64,000 nt of DNA. Origin: Trueperaceae bacterium. GTDB lineage: Bacteria > Deinococcota > Deinococci > Deinococcales > Trueperaceae. A program made the translations under genes and the position numbers. Below are positions 38,612 to 48,870 of this stretch, one piece after another. The stretch covers positions 1,504,001 through 1,568,000 of the forward strand of contig OZ243956.1 in assembly GCA_965214405.1 (NCBI GenBank), in the 5' to 3' direction. The notes beneath the pieces are model-generated. The model did no database searches. It saw only the letters and a list, made by a program, of their open reading frames with translations, and had not been told where the DNA came from. Numbering within the stretch: position 1 is the first letter of the stretch; the number at the start of each line of letters is the position of its first letter.

Positions 38612-38661
38612 GCGGCCTCTTTGCGTTCGTTCTTGTAAATGTCTTTGAAGGTAGCGCTCAT
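38608..38661 (-). CDS. Putative leaderless small uORF (MSATFKDIYKNERKEAA)
   Basis: TAAACT (38672-38667), 5 nt, then ATG. Its TGA overlaps the kinase ATG (ATGA). Confidence 0.45.
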   Translation of the reverse strand: MSATFKDIYKNERKEAA

Positions 38662-38690
38662 ACCCTAGTTTAACGTGAGTTTCGCCCGGT

Positions 38691-39869
38691 CTAGGCGCGG
38701 AGCAGCTTGAGCGTCGCCCTCGCAATCTCGCCCTCCTCGTCGGTGGGGACGATGAACGTTTTTACAGAACTTCCCGCCGCACTCACGTCTCTGCCCGTGC
38801 CCCCTTCACCACCCGCGCGGTTTCTCTCCTCGTCGAGGGTGAGGCCCAGGAATCCGAGCCCCGCCACCGCCTCCTCACGCGTTTGGGCGTCATTTTCACC
38901 GATGCCGCCCGTAAAAATCACCGCGTCGAGGCCGCTCATCGCCGCCGCGTAAGTGCCGATGGTTTTGCGGATGCGGTAACAGAAAACCGCCACCGCCTCC
39001 CGCGCCGCTTTATTTCCCGCTTCCGCCGCGCGGCGCACGTCGCGCATATCGTTGGAGACGCCGGACAAACCCAAAAGCCCCGAGCGTTTGTTGAGGAGCG
39101 TGTCGAGTTTGCTCGCCTCCATCCCGTTTTGTAAAAGGTAGAGGAGTACGCCGGGGTCGATATCCCCGGTGCGCGTGCCCATGAGCAGGCCCGAGAGGGG
39201 CGTGAAGCCCATGCTCGTATCCACCGAGCGCCCCCCCGCCACCGCCGCCGCGCTCGAGCCGTTCCCCAAATGGAGCGAGACGAGGCGGAGGTCTGCGCGC
39301 GACTCCCCCAAAAGCTCCGCCGCCCGCCGGGTTACGTAGTCGTGCGAGGTGCCGTGAAAGCCGTAGCGCCGAATCCCCTGCTCGGTGTAGAACTCGAGCG
39401 GCAGCCCGTAAAGAAACGCGCTCGGCGGCAGCGTCGCGTGAAAGGCGGTGTCGAACACCGCCACCTGCGGCACATAGGGTAAAAGGCGACGCGCGGCGCG
39501 GACGCCCGCCAAGTTCGCCGGGTTGTGGAGCGGCGCGAGCGGGACGAGCGCCTCTAAATCGTCCACAACCTCGTCTGTTAAAAGCGTCGGCTCGGTGTAA
39601 CGTTCGCCGCCGTGGACGACGCGGTGCCCGACGGCGGTCACGGTTTCCAAGGGAATGTGGGAGGAGAGGTGCCTCAACAGCACCCGAAAAGCGTCTTCGT
39701 GATTCTCGACAGCGTCGGAGGAAATATCAGCCGAATTCACTCTTACTTTCGCGTCACCGCCGATACGCTCGACTAAACCGGACCATCCCTGGGAGACGAG
39801 CTTGACCTTGAGGCTCGAGGAGCCCGCGTTGACGACCAGCACAGTAGACGGCGCGGCAGGCTCAGCCAT
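38691..39869 (-). CDS. ackA: Acetate kinase
   Basis: [41 protein letters not shown] and FTGGIGEN motifs. Confidence 0.96.
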   Translation of the reverse strand: MAEPAAPSTVLVVNAGSSSLKVKLVSQGWSGLVERIGGDAKVRVNSADISSDAVENHEDAFRVLLRHLSSHIPLETVTAVGHRVVHGGERYTEPTLLTDEVVDDLEALVPLAPLHNPANLAGVRAARRLLPYVPQVAVFDTAFHATLPPSAFLYGLPLEFYTEQGIRRYGFHGTSHDYVTRRAAELLGESRADLRLVSLHLGNGSSAAAVAGGRSVDTSMGFTPLSGLLMGTRTGDIDPGVLLYLLQNGMEASKLDTLLNKRSGLLGLSGVSNDMRDVRRAAEAGNKAAREAVAVFCYRIRKTIGTYAAAMSGLDAVIFTGGIGENDAQTREEAVAGLGFLGLTLDEERNRAGGEGGTGRDVSAAGSSVKTFIVPTDEEGEIARATLKLLRA

Positions 39870-41151
39870 GCTCGCCCGCCTTGCGTTTGGCGAAGCCTTC
39901 CAACCGCTCCCGCACCCGCGCCTCCCAGCCTTCGCCGTCGGCGTGATAATAACGTCGTGGGGTCATGGTGTCGGGAAAGTAGCTTTGCCTAAAACTGCCC
40001 TCCGGGTCGTCAAAATAGTAGGCGTAGCTCTGCCCGTAGCCGAGTCCTTTCATGAGCCCTGTGGGCGCGTTGCGTAGGTGCAGCGGCACGGGCGCGGCGC
40101 CGCGAGTTTCGGCGTCGCGCTTGGCCGCGCCCCAAGCGCGGTAGACCGCGTTGGATTTGGGGGCCAGGGCCAGGTAAACCGCAGCCTCGGCCAGCGCCAA
40201 CTCGCCTTCGGGAAGACCCAAAAACGCGACCGCGTCTCTTGCCGCCAGCGTCAGCCGGAGCGCGTGCGGGTCGGCTAAGCCCACGTCCTCGCTCGCCACG
40301 CGCACCATGCGGCGCGCGATGTAAAGCGGGTCGGCCCCGCCCTCTAAGAGCCGCGCGAGCCAGTAGAGCGCCGCGTCAGGGTCGCAGCCGCGCAGGGATT
40401 TGTGGAGCGCGCTCGTCAGGTTGTAAAAATGTTCGCCGCCCTTGTCAAAGGCGAGGCCCTTGGCGGAGAGCGCCGCGCGCGCCGCCTCGACATCCAGCGT
40501 TCCGCTCTCCGCATAGGCCGCCGCCCCCTCGAGCGCCCCCAGTGCCCGCCGCGCGTCGCCGTCGGCCCAGGTGGCGAGGAGGTCTAGCGCGTCTTCGTCC
40601 ACGCTCAAGGCACCGCCAAAGCCGTCGGGGTGCGTTAACGCCCGCGTCAGCACCGCCCGCACCGCTTCAAAGGAGAGGGGCTCGAGCACATAAAGCTGAC
40701 TCCTCGAGCGCAGCGCCCCGTTCACCTCAAACGACGGGTTTTCGGTTGTCGCGCCGATAAACAGGAGCGTGCCGTCCTCGACAAAGGGCAAAAGCAAATC
40801 CTGCTGCGCCTTGTTAAAGCGGTGAACCTCGTCCAAAAAGAGAACGGTCCTCTCCCCCCTTTGCAGCCGCACCCGCGCCGCCTCGGCCACGCCCCGCACC
40901 TCCTTGACGCCCGAGGTGACCGCCGACAGTCCCACAAAGTGCGCGCCCAAATGCCCCGCGACGAGGCGCGCCAGCGTCGTTTTGCCAACGCCAGGGGGAC
41001 CCCAGAGGAGCAGCGAGCGGGGCGCACCGCCAGAAAGTAGTACCCGCAAAGGCTTTCCCGCCCCCAGCAAATGCGTTTGCCCCGCCACCTCGTCTAACGT
41101 TTTCGGGCGGAGCCGTTCGGCCAAAGGTGCCGCAGGAGGAGTTTCCGTCAT
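39862..41151 (-). CDS. rarA: Replication-associated recombination protein A (MgsA/RarA)
   Basis: [38 protein letters not shown] and SEDVGLADP motifs. Confidence 0.95.
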   Translation of the reverse strand: MTETPPAAPLAERLRPKTLDEVAGQTHLLGAGKPLRVLLSGGAPRSLLLWGPPGVGKTTLARLVAGHLGAHFVGLSAVTSGVKEVRGVAEAARVRLQRGERTVLFLDEVHRFNKAQQDLLLPFVEDGTLLFIGATTENPSFEVNGALRSRSQLYVLEPLSFEAVRAVLTRALTHPDGFGGALSVDEDALDLLATWADGDARRALGALEGAAAYAESGTLDVEAARAALSAKGLAFDKGGEHFYNLTSALHKSLRGCDPDAALYWLARLLEGGADPLYIARRMVRVASEDVGLADPHALRLTLAARDAVAFLGLPEGELALAEAAVYLALAPKSNAVYRAWGAAKRDAETRGAAPVPLHLRNAPTGLMKGLGYGQSYAYYFDDPEGSFRQSYFPDTMTPRRYYHADGEGWEARVRERLEGFAKRKAGEHG

Positions 41152-41365
41152 TTCTCGAGTGTACCAGCCTCCGCGCGGTACCAGAGGAGCCATCAGAGGT
41201 TGAAATAAGGACTGAGTACCTGGTACCGAGTTTAGAGTGAAATGCTCGGTACTCATCACTTTTCTCCCTTAACTTGATACACTCGCACTAAGATTTTGTA
41301 TATAAGATGACACACAAGGCGCACGCCTCTGGATAAACTGTTCATAATAGAAAGGCTGGTGGACG

Positions 41366-41764
41366 ATGTATAAACTGTTTACGTTAGAGGAAGCGACTGA
41401 ACTCCTCCCGACCGTCGACCACACCCTCCGCGAGATGCAAAGCGCGGTCAAGGACGCGTTGGGTTTGCGCGACACCTTTGCCCGCACGCCGCAGGGCACG
41501 GTGAAAGCGCGCAACTTAGCCGAAGAAATCAACTTTTTGCTGCGCGGTTTGCAAGAGAGCAAGGGGGAACTCGACCGGCTCGGCGTACACCTCAAGGACA
41601 TGGAAACGGGGCTTGTCGATTTCCCGAGCCAGCTAGGCGCAGAGGTCGTGTACCTCTGTTGGGAACAAGGGCAGGACGCGATTACGCACTTTCACCGGCT
41701 GAATGAAGCGGAGAGCGCGCGGCAGCCTCTGCCTGGTGCGCAAGCGGGTCACGTCGCAGCCTGA
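41366..41764 (+). CDS. DUF2203 family protein
   Basis: FTLEEATELLP, LKDMETGLVDFP and VYLCW motifs. Confidence 0.88.
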   Translation: MYKLFTLEEATELLPTVDHTLREMQSAVKDALGLRDTFARTPQGTVKARNLAEEINFLLRGLQESKGELDRLGVHLKDMETGLVDFPSQLGAEVVYLCWEQGQDAITHFHRLNEAESARQPLPGAQAGHVAA

Positions 41765-41792
41765 TCATTGGGTAACAAAGTTTGTGAAGTTT

Positions 41793-41818
41793 AAGCTCGA
41801 GCGGGCTCGAGCTTTTTT
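41793..41818 (+). terminator. Intrinsic terminator built from two GCTCGAGC palindromes
   Basis: AAGCTCGAGC-GG-GCTCGAGCTTTTTT. Confidence 0.75.
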
Positions 41819-41889
41819 GTGACTTTTCTCGCTACAGTTCTCTTGGGAACACGACACTCTCATAGTATCGTGTCTCTAGGAGGGTCATC

Positions 41890-42963
41890 ATGAAAATCAG
41901 AACCGGCTTCACCCTGACCACGTTCTTATGCCTGTTCCTTTTGGGGATGGCGCAGGCGCAAACGCGGTTGCCCTACGGCGCGGTTCAGACCGCGCCCGCG
42001 CGTTACAGCGATGTGCCAGAGGGCCACTGGGCGAGCGAGGCGGTGGGGCGTCTCACCAGCTTAGGCATCCTCACGGGCTATCCCGATGGCACCTTTCGCG
42101 GCACCCAGCCCCTGACGCGCTACGAAATCGCGCTGGTGGGCGCGCGCTTGATTGACTACGTCAACACGCTGACCGGCCTCGTCGGGGACGACCCCGCGCT
42201 CATAGAAAGCCTGCGGGCGGCGGAGGCCGAACTCGGCGGGGAGCCGTTGGCGACGCGCACCGAGAGGCTCGAGCAGGGTCTCGAAAGAGCCGCCTCGCTC
42301 GAGTACGTGCGGAGTCTTGAAGCGCGCGTGGTGGCGCTCGAGAGGATGCTCAACGAGCAGATGGGCTCGAGCCTTCCCGGCACCATGACCGAAGCGGGGG
42401 ACGTACCTCTTTCCGCCGCCGAAGCCGCGGGGAGCACGGGAGAGGGCGCGACGGGAGACGCAACGGGCGGCGCGTCCGGTTTCGGCGTAGCCGCGCCCCC
42501 CACACAAACGGGGGCACAGACGGAAACCGGCGTGAGAACCGGCACCGTCGCCCTGAGTCGCCGTAGCGCGTATCCGCTTTACGTCGGCGCTATGTCGGGT
42601 GTGGACTTTAGCTTGGACGGGGCTTATTTCGGTTTGCAAGCGGGTTACAACGGTCTCGTCGGCCCCGTCGGCGCGGGTCTGCGCCTCGCTTACAACCTCT
42701 CGACCCGTGAACTTCGCGCGTCTGCGGATGCGACGGTGCGCCTTACCGCGTTCGTCGACGGCCTCGAGTTCTACGGCGGTTTGGGCGTCGGCGGGAGCTT
42801 TCGCTCGGAGGGTGACGCGATTTTTCTCGAGGCCCCCCTCGGCGCGGAATACTTCGTCACCCCCCGCGTCGGTCTCTTTTTGCAAGCCGTTCCCGCCTAC
42901 GATTTTGCACCCTTCAACGAGGTGGGCGCGACCGTGACGGCGGGGGTAAATCTGCGGTTTTAG
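41890..42963 (+). CDS. S-layer homology (SLH) domain protein with C-terminal beta-barrel
   Basis: Signal peptide, SLH motif YSDVPEGHWASEAV...GYPDGTFRG...TRYE, a coiled coil, then amphipathic strands ending VNLRF. Confidence 0.85.
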   Translation: MKIRTGFTLTTFLCLFLLGMAQAQTRLPYGAVQTAPARYSDVPEGHWASEAVGRLTSLGILTGYPDGTFRGTQPLTRYEIALVGARLIDYVNTLTGLVGDDPALIESLRAAEAELGGEPLATRTERLEQGLERAASLEYVRSLEARVVALERMLNEQMGSSLPGTMTEAGDVPLSAAEAAGSTGEGATGDATGGASGFGVAAPPTQTGAQTETGVRTGTVALSRRSAYPLYVGAMSGVDFSLDGAYFGLQAGYNGLVGPVGAGLRLAYNLSTRELRASADATVRLTAFVDGLEFYGGLGVGGSFRSEGDAIFLEAPLGAEYFVTPRVGLFLQAVPAYDFAPFNEVGATVTAGVNLRF

Positions 42964-43017
42964 GGTTCTACGGTGTATCAGGGTTCTTGAAAACATGTAA
43001 AGCAGGCGGCGGCCAGC

Positions 43018-44241
43018 CTAGACTGCGGGCACAGGCGGTGCGGTGAGAGACGCCCTGGTCCTATTCAAGAAGCCCGCGTCTTGCCAATACGCGTCAAGCG
43101 CCTGAAGCGCCGCCCCGAACGCCCCACCGTAGGGGGGCAGACTTGCGTAGCTCGCATTCACGTCTCCCGCCAGAACGGGCATGACCCGCCCTCTAAGCGC
43201 GCTGGTGAGGTCGTCCAGAAACGCTTGACCCGCGTGTTTGAGCGGCCCCCCAATCACGACGTTGGGCGTGCCCGTAATGTTGATGGTGCTGCCCAAAGCC
43301 CGCGCCACGTAGTGCGCCGTTTCTAGAAGCACCTCCTGCGCGCGCGCGTCGCCCTGTTGGGCGCGCTCACACACGCGTTCGAAAGTTGTGTCTCCAAAAT
43401 TCATGGAACTTGAGCGCGCCCCCAACCGCCGAACTACCGCCGCGCCCGTGGCGACGGTGCATAAGCAGCCGCGGTTGCCGCAAACGCAACGCGCGCCGCC
43501 CTCATCGACCACCACGTGACCGACCTCGCCGCACACCCCCGAGGAGGGCTTGAGGAGGTGGTTGTTGGTAAAAATCCCCGAGCCGACGCCGTGGTTGCTT
43601 ATAAAGAGGTAAATGGCGTCCACCACGCCGCGACTCTTACCAAAGCGGTGCTCCGCCTCGGCCAGGGCGCGCGAGTAGTCCTCGACCAGCACGAGTTTTC
43701 TGATACGCGTTTGCAACGCGCGCCTCACGGGTAGCGGCTCGAGCGGGACGAACGACCCCGGCTCCCAGGTGACCCAGTGACCGTCCGCCGTGACGACGTC
43801 GTGAAACGCCACGGTGAGCGCCACAACCCTTTTCCACGCGTGAGCGCGACGCTCGAGCGCTGTACGAACACTTCTGACAAGCGCGTTCAAAACAGCGAGC
43901 TCAGGGCGAAAGGGAACGGCCTCCGCCTCGCCGTGGTCCATAAGGTTGCCCACTGCGTCGAGGAGCGCCCAGCGCAGCACCCCGTCACCAAACTCCACAC
44001 CCAACGCGGTGCCGTGCTCGGGATTGATACCCAGGACGTCCGAAGGACGACCTCGACCGTTCGCCTGAGCGTCATCTGCTTCCACGATAAGATTTGAGTC
44101 GCGCAGCTCCCCGACAAGCCGGTTGACGCTAGGCTGGCTCCAGTCGAGCAGGTCGCTCAGCGCCGCGCGGGTGGTGGGGCCGTGCTTGTAAAGCGTGGCG
44201 AGAAGCTGGGCGTAGCGGTCTAATTTTGCCTTTTGCGCCAT
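43018..44241 (-). CDS. ROK family transcriptional regulator
   Basis: N-terminal HTH (TRAALSDLLDWSQPSVNRLV), GRGRP, and GEVGH...CVCGNRGCL. Confidence 0.9.
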   Translation of the reverse strand: MAQKAKLDRYAQLLATLYKHGPTTRAALSDLLDWSQPSVNRLVGELRDSNLIVEADDAQANGRGRPSDVLGINPEHGTALGVEFGDGVLRWALLDAVGNLMDHGEAEAVPFRPELAVLNALVRSVRTALERRAHAWKRVVALTVAFHDVVTADGHWVTWEPGSFVPLEPLPVRRALQTRIRKLVLVEDYSRALAEAEHRFGKSRGVVDAIYLFISNHGVGSGIFTNNHLLKPSSGVCGEVGHVVVDEGGARCVCGNRGCLCTVATGAAVVRRLGARSSSMNFGDTTFERVCERAQQGDARAQEVLLETAHYVARALGSTINITGTPNVVIGGPLKHAGQAFLDDLTSALRGRVMPVLAGDVNASYASLPPYGGAFGAALQALDAYWQDAGFLNRTRASLTAPPVPAV

Positions 44242-44317
44242 ATTCAACTTCAGTTTATCAGCATGTCACGTCCTGTCTCGACGGGACCTTTATCAAGCCG
44301 AAGCTCTATAAAGGGAC

Positions 44318-44346
44318 TTGTATATTTAATCATTTTGAGTTAAAGT
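44318..44346 (+). promoter_or_regulatory. Sigma70-type promoter TTGTAT-17-TAAAGT with overlapping TTTAA-N10-TTAAA inverted repeat (putative ROK operator)
   Basis: AT-rich island between the divergent ROK regulator and the aminotransferase. Confidence 0.55.
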
Positions 44347-44421
44347 AGCGTCCATCTTAGCAGACGCCTTTTTCTGCGACGCCCGGAGAGGAAGCGCAGG
44401 AAAAAGCTGGAGGGAGAGACG

Positions 44422-45693
44422 ATGACCACACTCGAGGCTGAAGCGCTCCTACCCTACGACTGGCCGGGGAGCGCCTTTATCGGCGAGGAAGAGGCGGCGG
44501 CGGTGGGGGCCGTGGTCGAGGCGCAAAGTCCGTTTCGCTACTACGGCCCGGACGTACAGGGGTATGCGGACGCGCTCGAGGCTGCCTACAGGGAGCGCTT
44601 CGACCAGCCCTACGCCCTGGCCGTCAACAGTTGCACGGCGGGTTTGTCCGTCGCCATGACCGCGCTCGGCATCGGGCCGGGGGATGAGGTCTTGGTGCCC
44701 GGCTTTTTTTGGGTGTCGTGCGCCGCCGCCGTCGTCAGGGCGGGCGCGGTGCCGCGCCTGGTCGAGATTGACGAGAGTTTCACGCTTCAGCCCAAAGATT
44801 TAGAAGCCAAAGTCACCCCGCACACCAAGGCGATTTTGGTCGTCCACATGAGCGGCGCGGCCGCCGACATGGACGCGGTGATGAGCGTGGCCGAGCGGCA
44901 CGGGCTGCTGATCATTGAAGACGTGGCGCAGGCGAACGGCGGCGCGTACAAGGGTCGTCCGCTGGGCTCTTTTGGCGACGCGGCGGTCACGAGTTTTCAA
45001 TTTAACAAAAACATCACCGCGGGCGAGGGGGGGCTGTTTGCATGTAGGGATGAAGGGGTATTTCGCCGCGCCTTTGCCGTACACGACCTCGGTTACGCCC
45101 GCAACGCCGAGGGCCGCTTGGACCCCGACGACCCCGACGTCCAGCTTTGGGGTCAGGGGAGCCGCATGGGCGAACTCTGCGCCGCGATGCTCGTGGCGCA
45201 AGAGCGCAAACTAGACACCATCACCGCACGGATGAGACGTCAAAACCATAAACTTTACGCGGGGCTTGAAGGGGTTGGGGGCTCGCGCAACCGCACGGTT
45301 CACGACCCCGCGGGCGACACGGGACCGTTCGTCATCCTCGTGTGGCCCTCGACTGAGGTCTGTAACGCGGTAGTCAAGGCGACCCGCGACGCGGGCGTTA
45401 AGACCGGACCCAAGTCGGGCGGCAACCTGCCACTCTCGCTCTTTGGGCTGCACCTCTACTACAACGTCCCGAGCTTGGTGAATAAACGTCCGCTCAACGG
45501 GAGCGGCTACCCCTGGAGCGCGCCCGAAAACGCGTTTGCCAAGCCCTACAGCTACACCAAAGGCACTCTGCCCGTCACGGACGGTTTGTTCGCGCGCTCG
45601 AGCCTCCTCTCGGTCTCCCCTATGCTGACGGACAGTGCCTGCGAGCAAATTATCGAGATTTTCTGGCGTAGCGCCGCGGCGTTGGGACTGTAG
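44422..45693 (+). CDS. DegT/DnrJ/EryC1/StrS PLP aminotransferase (KdnA-like subfamily)
   Basis: GIGPGDEVLVP, IEDVAQANG and SFQFNKNITAGEGG (PLP lysine) motifs. Confidence 0.9.
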   Translation: MTTLEAEALLPYDWPGSAFIGEEEAAAVGAVVEAQSPFRYYGPDVQGYADALEAAYRERFDQPYALAVNSCTAGLSVAMTALGIGPGDEVLVPGFFWVSCAAAVVRAGAVPRLVEIDESFTLQPKDLEAKVTPHTKAILVVHMSGAAADMDAVMSVAERHGLLIIEDVAQANGGAYKGRPLGSFGDAAVTSFQFNKNITAGEGGLFACRDEGVFRRAFAVHDLGYARNAEGRLDPDDPDVQLWGQGSRMGELCAAMLVAQERKLDTITARMRRQNHKLYAGLEGVGGSRNRTVHDPAGDTGPFVILVWPSTEVCNAVVKATRDAGVKTGPKSGGNLPLSLFGLHLYYNVPSLVNKRPLNGSGYPWSAPENAFAKPYSYTKGTLPVTDGLFARSSLLSVSPMLTDSACEQIIEIFWRSAAALGL

Positions 45694-45760
45694 GGGCTAG
45701 CTTCTCCTTTACAACCCCCAAGGTGCAGAGGGCTGACGGCGGGGTCGGTTGAAAAGTAGC

Positions 45761-46889
45761 TCACCCTTTGAGCTTTGTCATGACGCGCACGGGCGACCCA
45801 AGCGTCCGGTGAACCGGGCAGCAGTTGGCGATGTTCAAAAGGCGTTCGCGTCGGGTTTGGTCGAGGGGACTCTCGAGCCGTAGCTCGCGGGTGAAATGGT
45901 CCAGCTTGGCACCCTTCTCGCAGTCCTCGCAGTCTTTGGCGTGAACCTTCCTGTATTTCACCGCGACCGTCGCGGCCTCCAGGGGCTAACCCTTGTGGTC
46001 GGCGTAGAGGCGCAGCGTCATCGAGATGCACGTTGCGGGAGAAGCCGTTCGCCAGCCCCTCCGTGCGCAACCCCTTTTTGGTTCGCGCGATGACGCGGTT
46101 GTCACGGTATCACCGCGCCGCGAGGGTTTTTCGCTCTCAAGTACCGCCCCGCCCACGCCGCAATGGTCGCGCCCGCGTAGCGTGAATCGCGCTCCTCCGA
46201 CAAGAGGTGGTCGGCGTCATCTAAGGAGACAAAACTTTTGGGATGCCTGGCCGCCTTGAAAATGTCCGCCGCGTTCTCGACGCCCACAACCCTATCCACG
46301 GGCGAATGCAGCACGAGGAGCGCGCGGCGCAGCCCGCCAATCGTCTCCTCCATACGCGCCTCTTGAGGTTGTCTAGAAACGCTTTTTTGATGGTGAAGCG
46401 CCGCCCGCCCAGCACCACCTCCGCCTCGCCCTTTCTTTGAATCGTCTCGAGGTTACCCGCAAGCAGCTTGGTCAGGTGTTGGGGGCTGCTGGGCGCGCCC
46501 AGGGTCGTCATCGCCTTAACGCTATCCAACTTTGACGCAGCCTGCAACACCGCAGCGCCCCCGAGCGAGTGCCCGACGAGCAGCGCGGGGGCTTCATAAG
46601 CGTCTTCTAAAAAAGCGGCGGCGGCCACGAGGTCATCCACATTGGATGAAAACGTCGTGTCGGGATCCCCCTCGCTCTCGCCGAGCCCGGTAAAGTCGAA
46701 GCGGAGTAAGGCGATTCCCTCCTGCGTGAGCGCTCGAGCGATGTGGCGCGCCGCCCTGGAGTTTTTAGAGCAGGTAAATCAGTGGGCAAAAAGCGTGTAG
46801 GCGCGGGGCTCGCCGTCAACGGGGAGCTCGAGCCGCGCGGAGAGCGTTTCACCCCCCGCGTTCTTGAAGTAAACTTTAGTCGAGGGCAC
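45761..46889 (-). pseudogene. Bifunctional alpha/beta hydrolase-OsmC family protein, multiply disrupted
   Basis: LFAH-stop-FTCSK, LRFDFTGLGESEG, GHSLGG, HPKSFVSLDDADHLL, KVHAKDCEDC and CPVHRTL are spread over several frames, with in-frame stops and an internal deletion. Confidence 0.88.
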
Positions 46890-46919
46890 GGTTACCTCAC
46901 GGCACAAGAAAGGGGTAGT

Positions 46920-47402
46920 GTGGCGGACAAAGCCTTGGAGGTATATCTGAACGACCACCTGGCCGGTTCGGAGGCGGCCCTGGCGGGCATCGAGCGTCAC
47001 CTCCGGGAGGACGCGGGCGGCTTGGGTGCCGCGCGCTTGGCGCACCTCTTGCCGGAAATCCGCAAGGACCAGGCGCTTTTGAAAAAACTCATAAGCAGAA
47101 TCGGCGGCGAGGAGAGCGCCGCCAAAAAAGCGGGAGCCTGGCTCGCGGAAAAGGCGAGCCGACTCAAGCTTGGGGGCAAGGCCGAGTCAAACCCCCTGCG
47201 CCTGGTGGAGGCGTTTGAAGCGCTCGCGCTCGGCGTCCACGGCAAGGGCTTGCTGTGGCGTCTCATGAACGCGCTGTACCGCGACGACGCGCGCTTCAGC
47301 GACGTCGATTTTGGCGAACTAGAGCGCCGCGCCGCGCGCCAGTACGACGAGGTGGAGGCGCTCAGGCTCGAGGCGGCCAGGCTGGCGTTCTCGAGCCCGT
47401 AA
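46920..47402 (+). CDS. Conserved hypothetical helical protein (ferritin-like)
   Basis: YLNDHLAGS...AEKASRLK...EALALGVHGK...LW pattern; RBS AAGGGG before GTG. Confidence 0.7.
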   Translation: MADKALEVYLNDHLAGSEAALAGIERHLREDAGGLGAARLAHLLPEIRKDQALLKKLISRIGGEESAAKKAGAWLAEKASRLKLGGKAESNPLRLVEAFEALALGVHGKGLLWRLMNALYRDDARFSDVDFGELERRAARQYDEVEALRLEAARLAFSSP

Positions 47403-47589
47403 CCCGGCCTGTAAGAGGCGCTAACTCTAGCAGGCAACACCCTTGAGCGAATATGTTCTATACGTTAACGTGCAGGACGTAGCTTAGAGCGTGATACTTG
47501 CGGTGATAGACGCTAGCGTCAATGAAAATCGCTATAACAACCCCCGCTAAAGCGTGAGCCAACGCGGAGCAGGTGTGCGTCTAAGAGAG

Positions 47590-48744
47590 CTAGTCCAGCA
47601 AGCGCTTGATGCGCCTCAGCGCCTTGTGGACGTTGTCCATACTCGTCGCGTAACTCAAGCGCGCGAGCCCCGGCGCGTAAAAGTCGGTGCCCGGCACCAC
47701 GCCGACGTGCGCTTTTTCAAGGAGCACGATCGCCGCCTCCGTCTCATCCTCACGGATGGGCGTCACGTCGGTCATCACGTAAAACGCGCCCTGCGGCAGG
47801 GGCGTCTTTAACCCCAACTTGTTGAGCCCCTCGACCAGCACGTCGCGGCGCTCTTTGTACGCGCGTTTGGTCCGTTCGATAAACTTTTTGGTCTTTTCCT
47901 CTTCGTTGAGCGCCGCCGCCGCCGCGTGCTGCGCCACCGCGTTCGCGCCGCTCGTCACCTGGCCCTGAAGGCGGTTCATCGCCTTGATGAGCTCGACGGG
48001 TCCCGCGCCGTAGCCGATGCGCCAACCCGTGAGCGCGTAAGCCTTGCTTGCCCCGTGGATGACGAGCGTTTTCTCGGGCGCGTAGCTTGCGGCGGCGGTA
48101 AATTCACCCTCGTAAATCAGGTGCTCGTAAAGGTCATCAGTAAAAATCCAGATGTCGCGTTCGGCGGCCATCTCGACTAACGCTCTCACCACCTCGCGCG
48201 GATAAACCGCGCCCGTCGGGTTCGAGGGCGAATTGATGAGGATGACTTTGGTCCGCTCGGTGATGGCACCCCGCACCTCCTCGGGGTCGGGGACGAAGCC
48301 GTCCTCGAGCCGCGTCACCACCGGCACCGCCACCCCGCCCGCCAGCTCGACCTGCGCGGGATAAGAAACCCAGTAAGGCGCGGGAATGATGACCTCGTCG
48401 CCGGGGTTCAGGACCGACATGAACGCGTTGTAAAGGACTTGCTTGCCACCTGTCGAGACGATGATTTGGTCCGGGGTGTAGGTGAGGCTGTTTTCCCTTG
48501 CGAACTTGCCACAAACCGCCTCGCGCAGTTCAACCGTTCCCTCCGAGGCGGTGTACTTGGTCATCCCCAAGTCAATCGCCTCGTGCGCCGCCGCCAGCAC
48601 GTGCTCGGGCGGCCCAAAGTCGGGCTCCCCCGCCGTCATCGCCACCACGTCCACCCCGCTACGCGCGAGTTCTTTGGCTTTGGTATTAAACGCAACCGTC
48701 GCAGAGGCTTTGAGGTTTCTTATCTTTTCAGAGAGTGGGGGCAT
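47590..48744 (-). CDS. aspC: Aspartate aminotransferase (class I/II PLP)
   Basis: AGEPDF, PAPYWVSY, NSPSNPTG and SKAYALTGWRIGY motifs. Confidence 0.9.
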   Translation of the reverse strand: MPPLSEKIRNLKASATVAFNTKAKELARSGVDVVAMTAGEPDFGPPEHVLAAAHEAIDLGMTKYTASEGTVELREAVCGKFARENSLTYTPDQIIVSTGGKQVLYNAFMSVLNPGDEVIIPAPYWVSYPAQVELAGGVAVPVVTRLEDGFVPDPEEVRGAITERTKVILINSPSNPTGAVYPREVVRALVEMAAERDIWIFTDDLYEHLIYEGEFTAAASYAPEKTLVIHGASKAYALTGWRIGYGAGPVELIKAMNRLQGQVTSGANAVAQHAAAAALNEEEKTKKFIERTKRAYKERRDVLVEGLNKLGLKTPLPQGAFYVMTDVTPIREDETEAAIVLLEKAHVGVVPGTDFYAPGLARLSYATSMDNVHKALRRIKRLLD

Positions 48745-48870
48745 AGGATTCCTCTGGAGGTGGAGTGGGGAGATAGGGAGCTGGGGAGTAAGCCGGGGAG
48801 TAGAGAGGTAGGAAAAAGGCTTTGACTTTACTCTTACCTTTCTACTTGGTACTCGGTACTTCTTTAACGT

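Noticed and set aside
47451..47467. ATATGTTCTATACGTTA resembles the 17-bp DdrO-binding RDRM of Deinococcus
   Set aside because: It lies between two convergent genes with no downstream start to regulate, and it has mismatches at conserved end positions.
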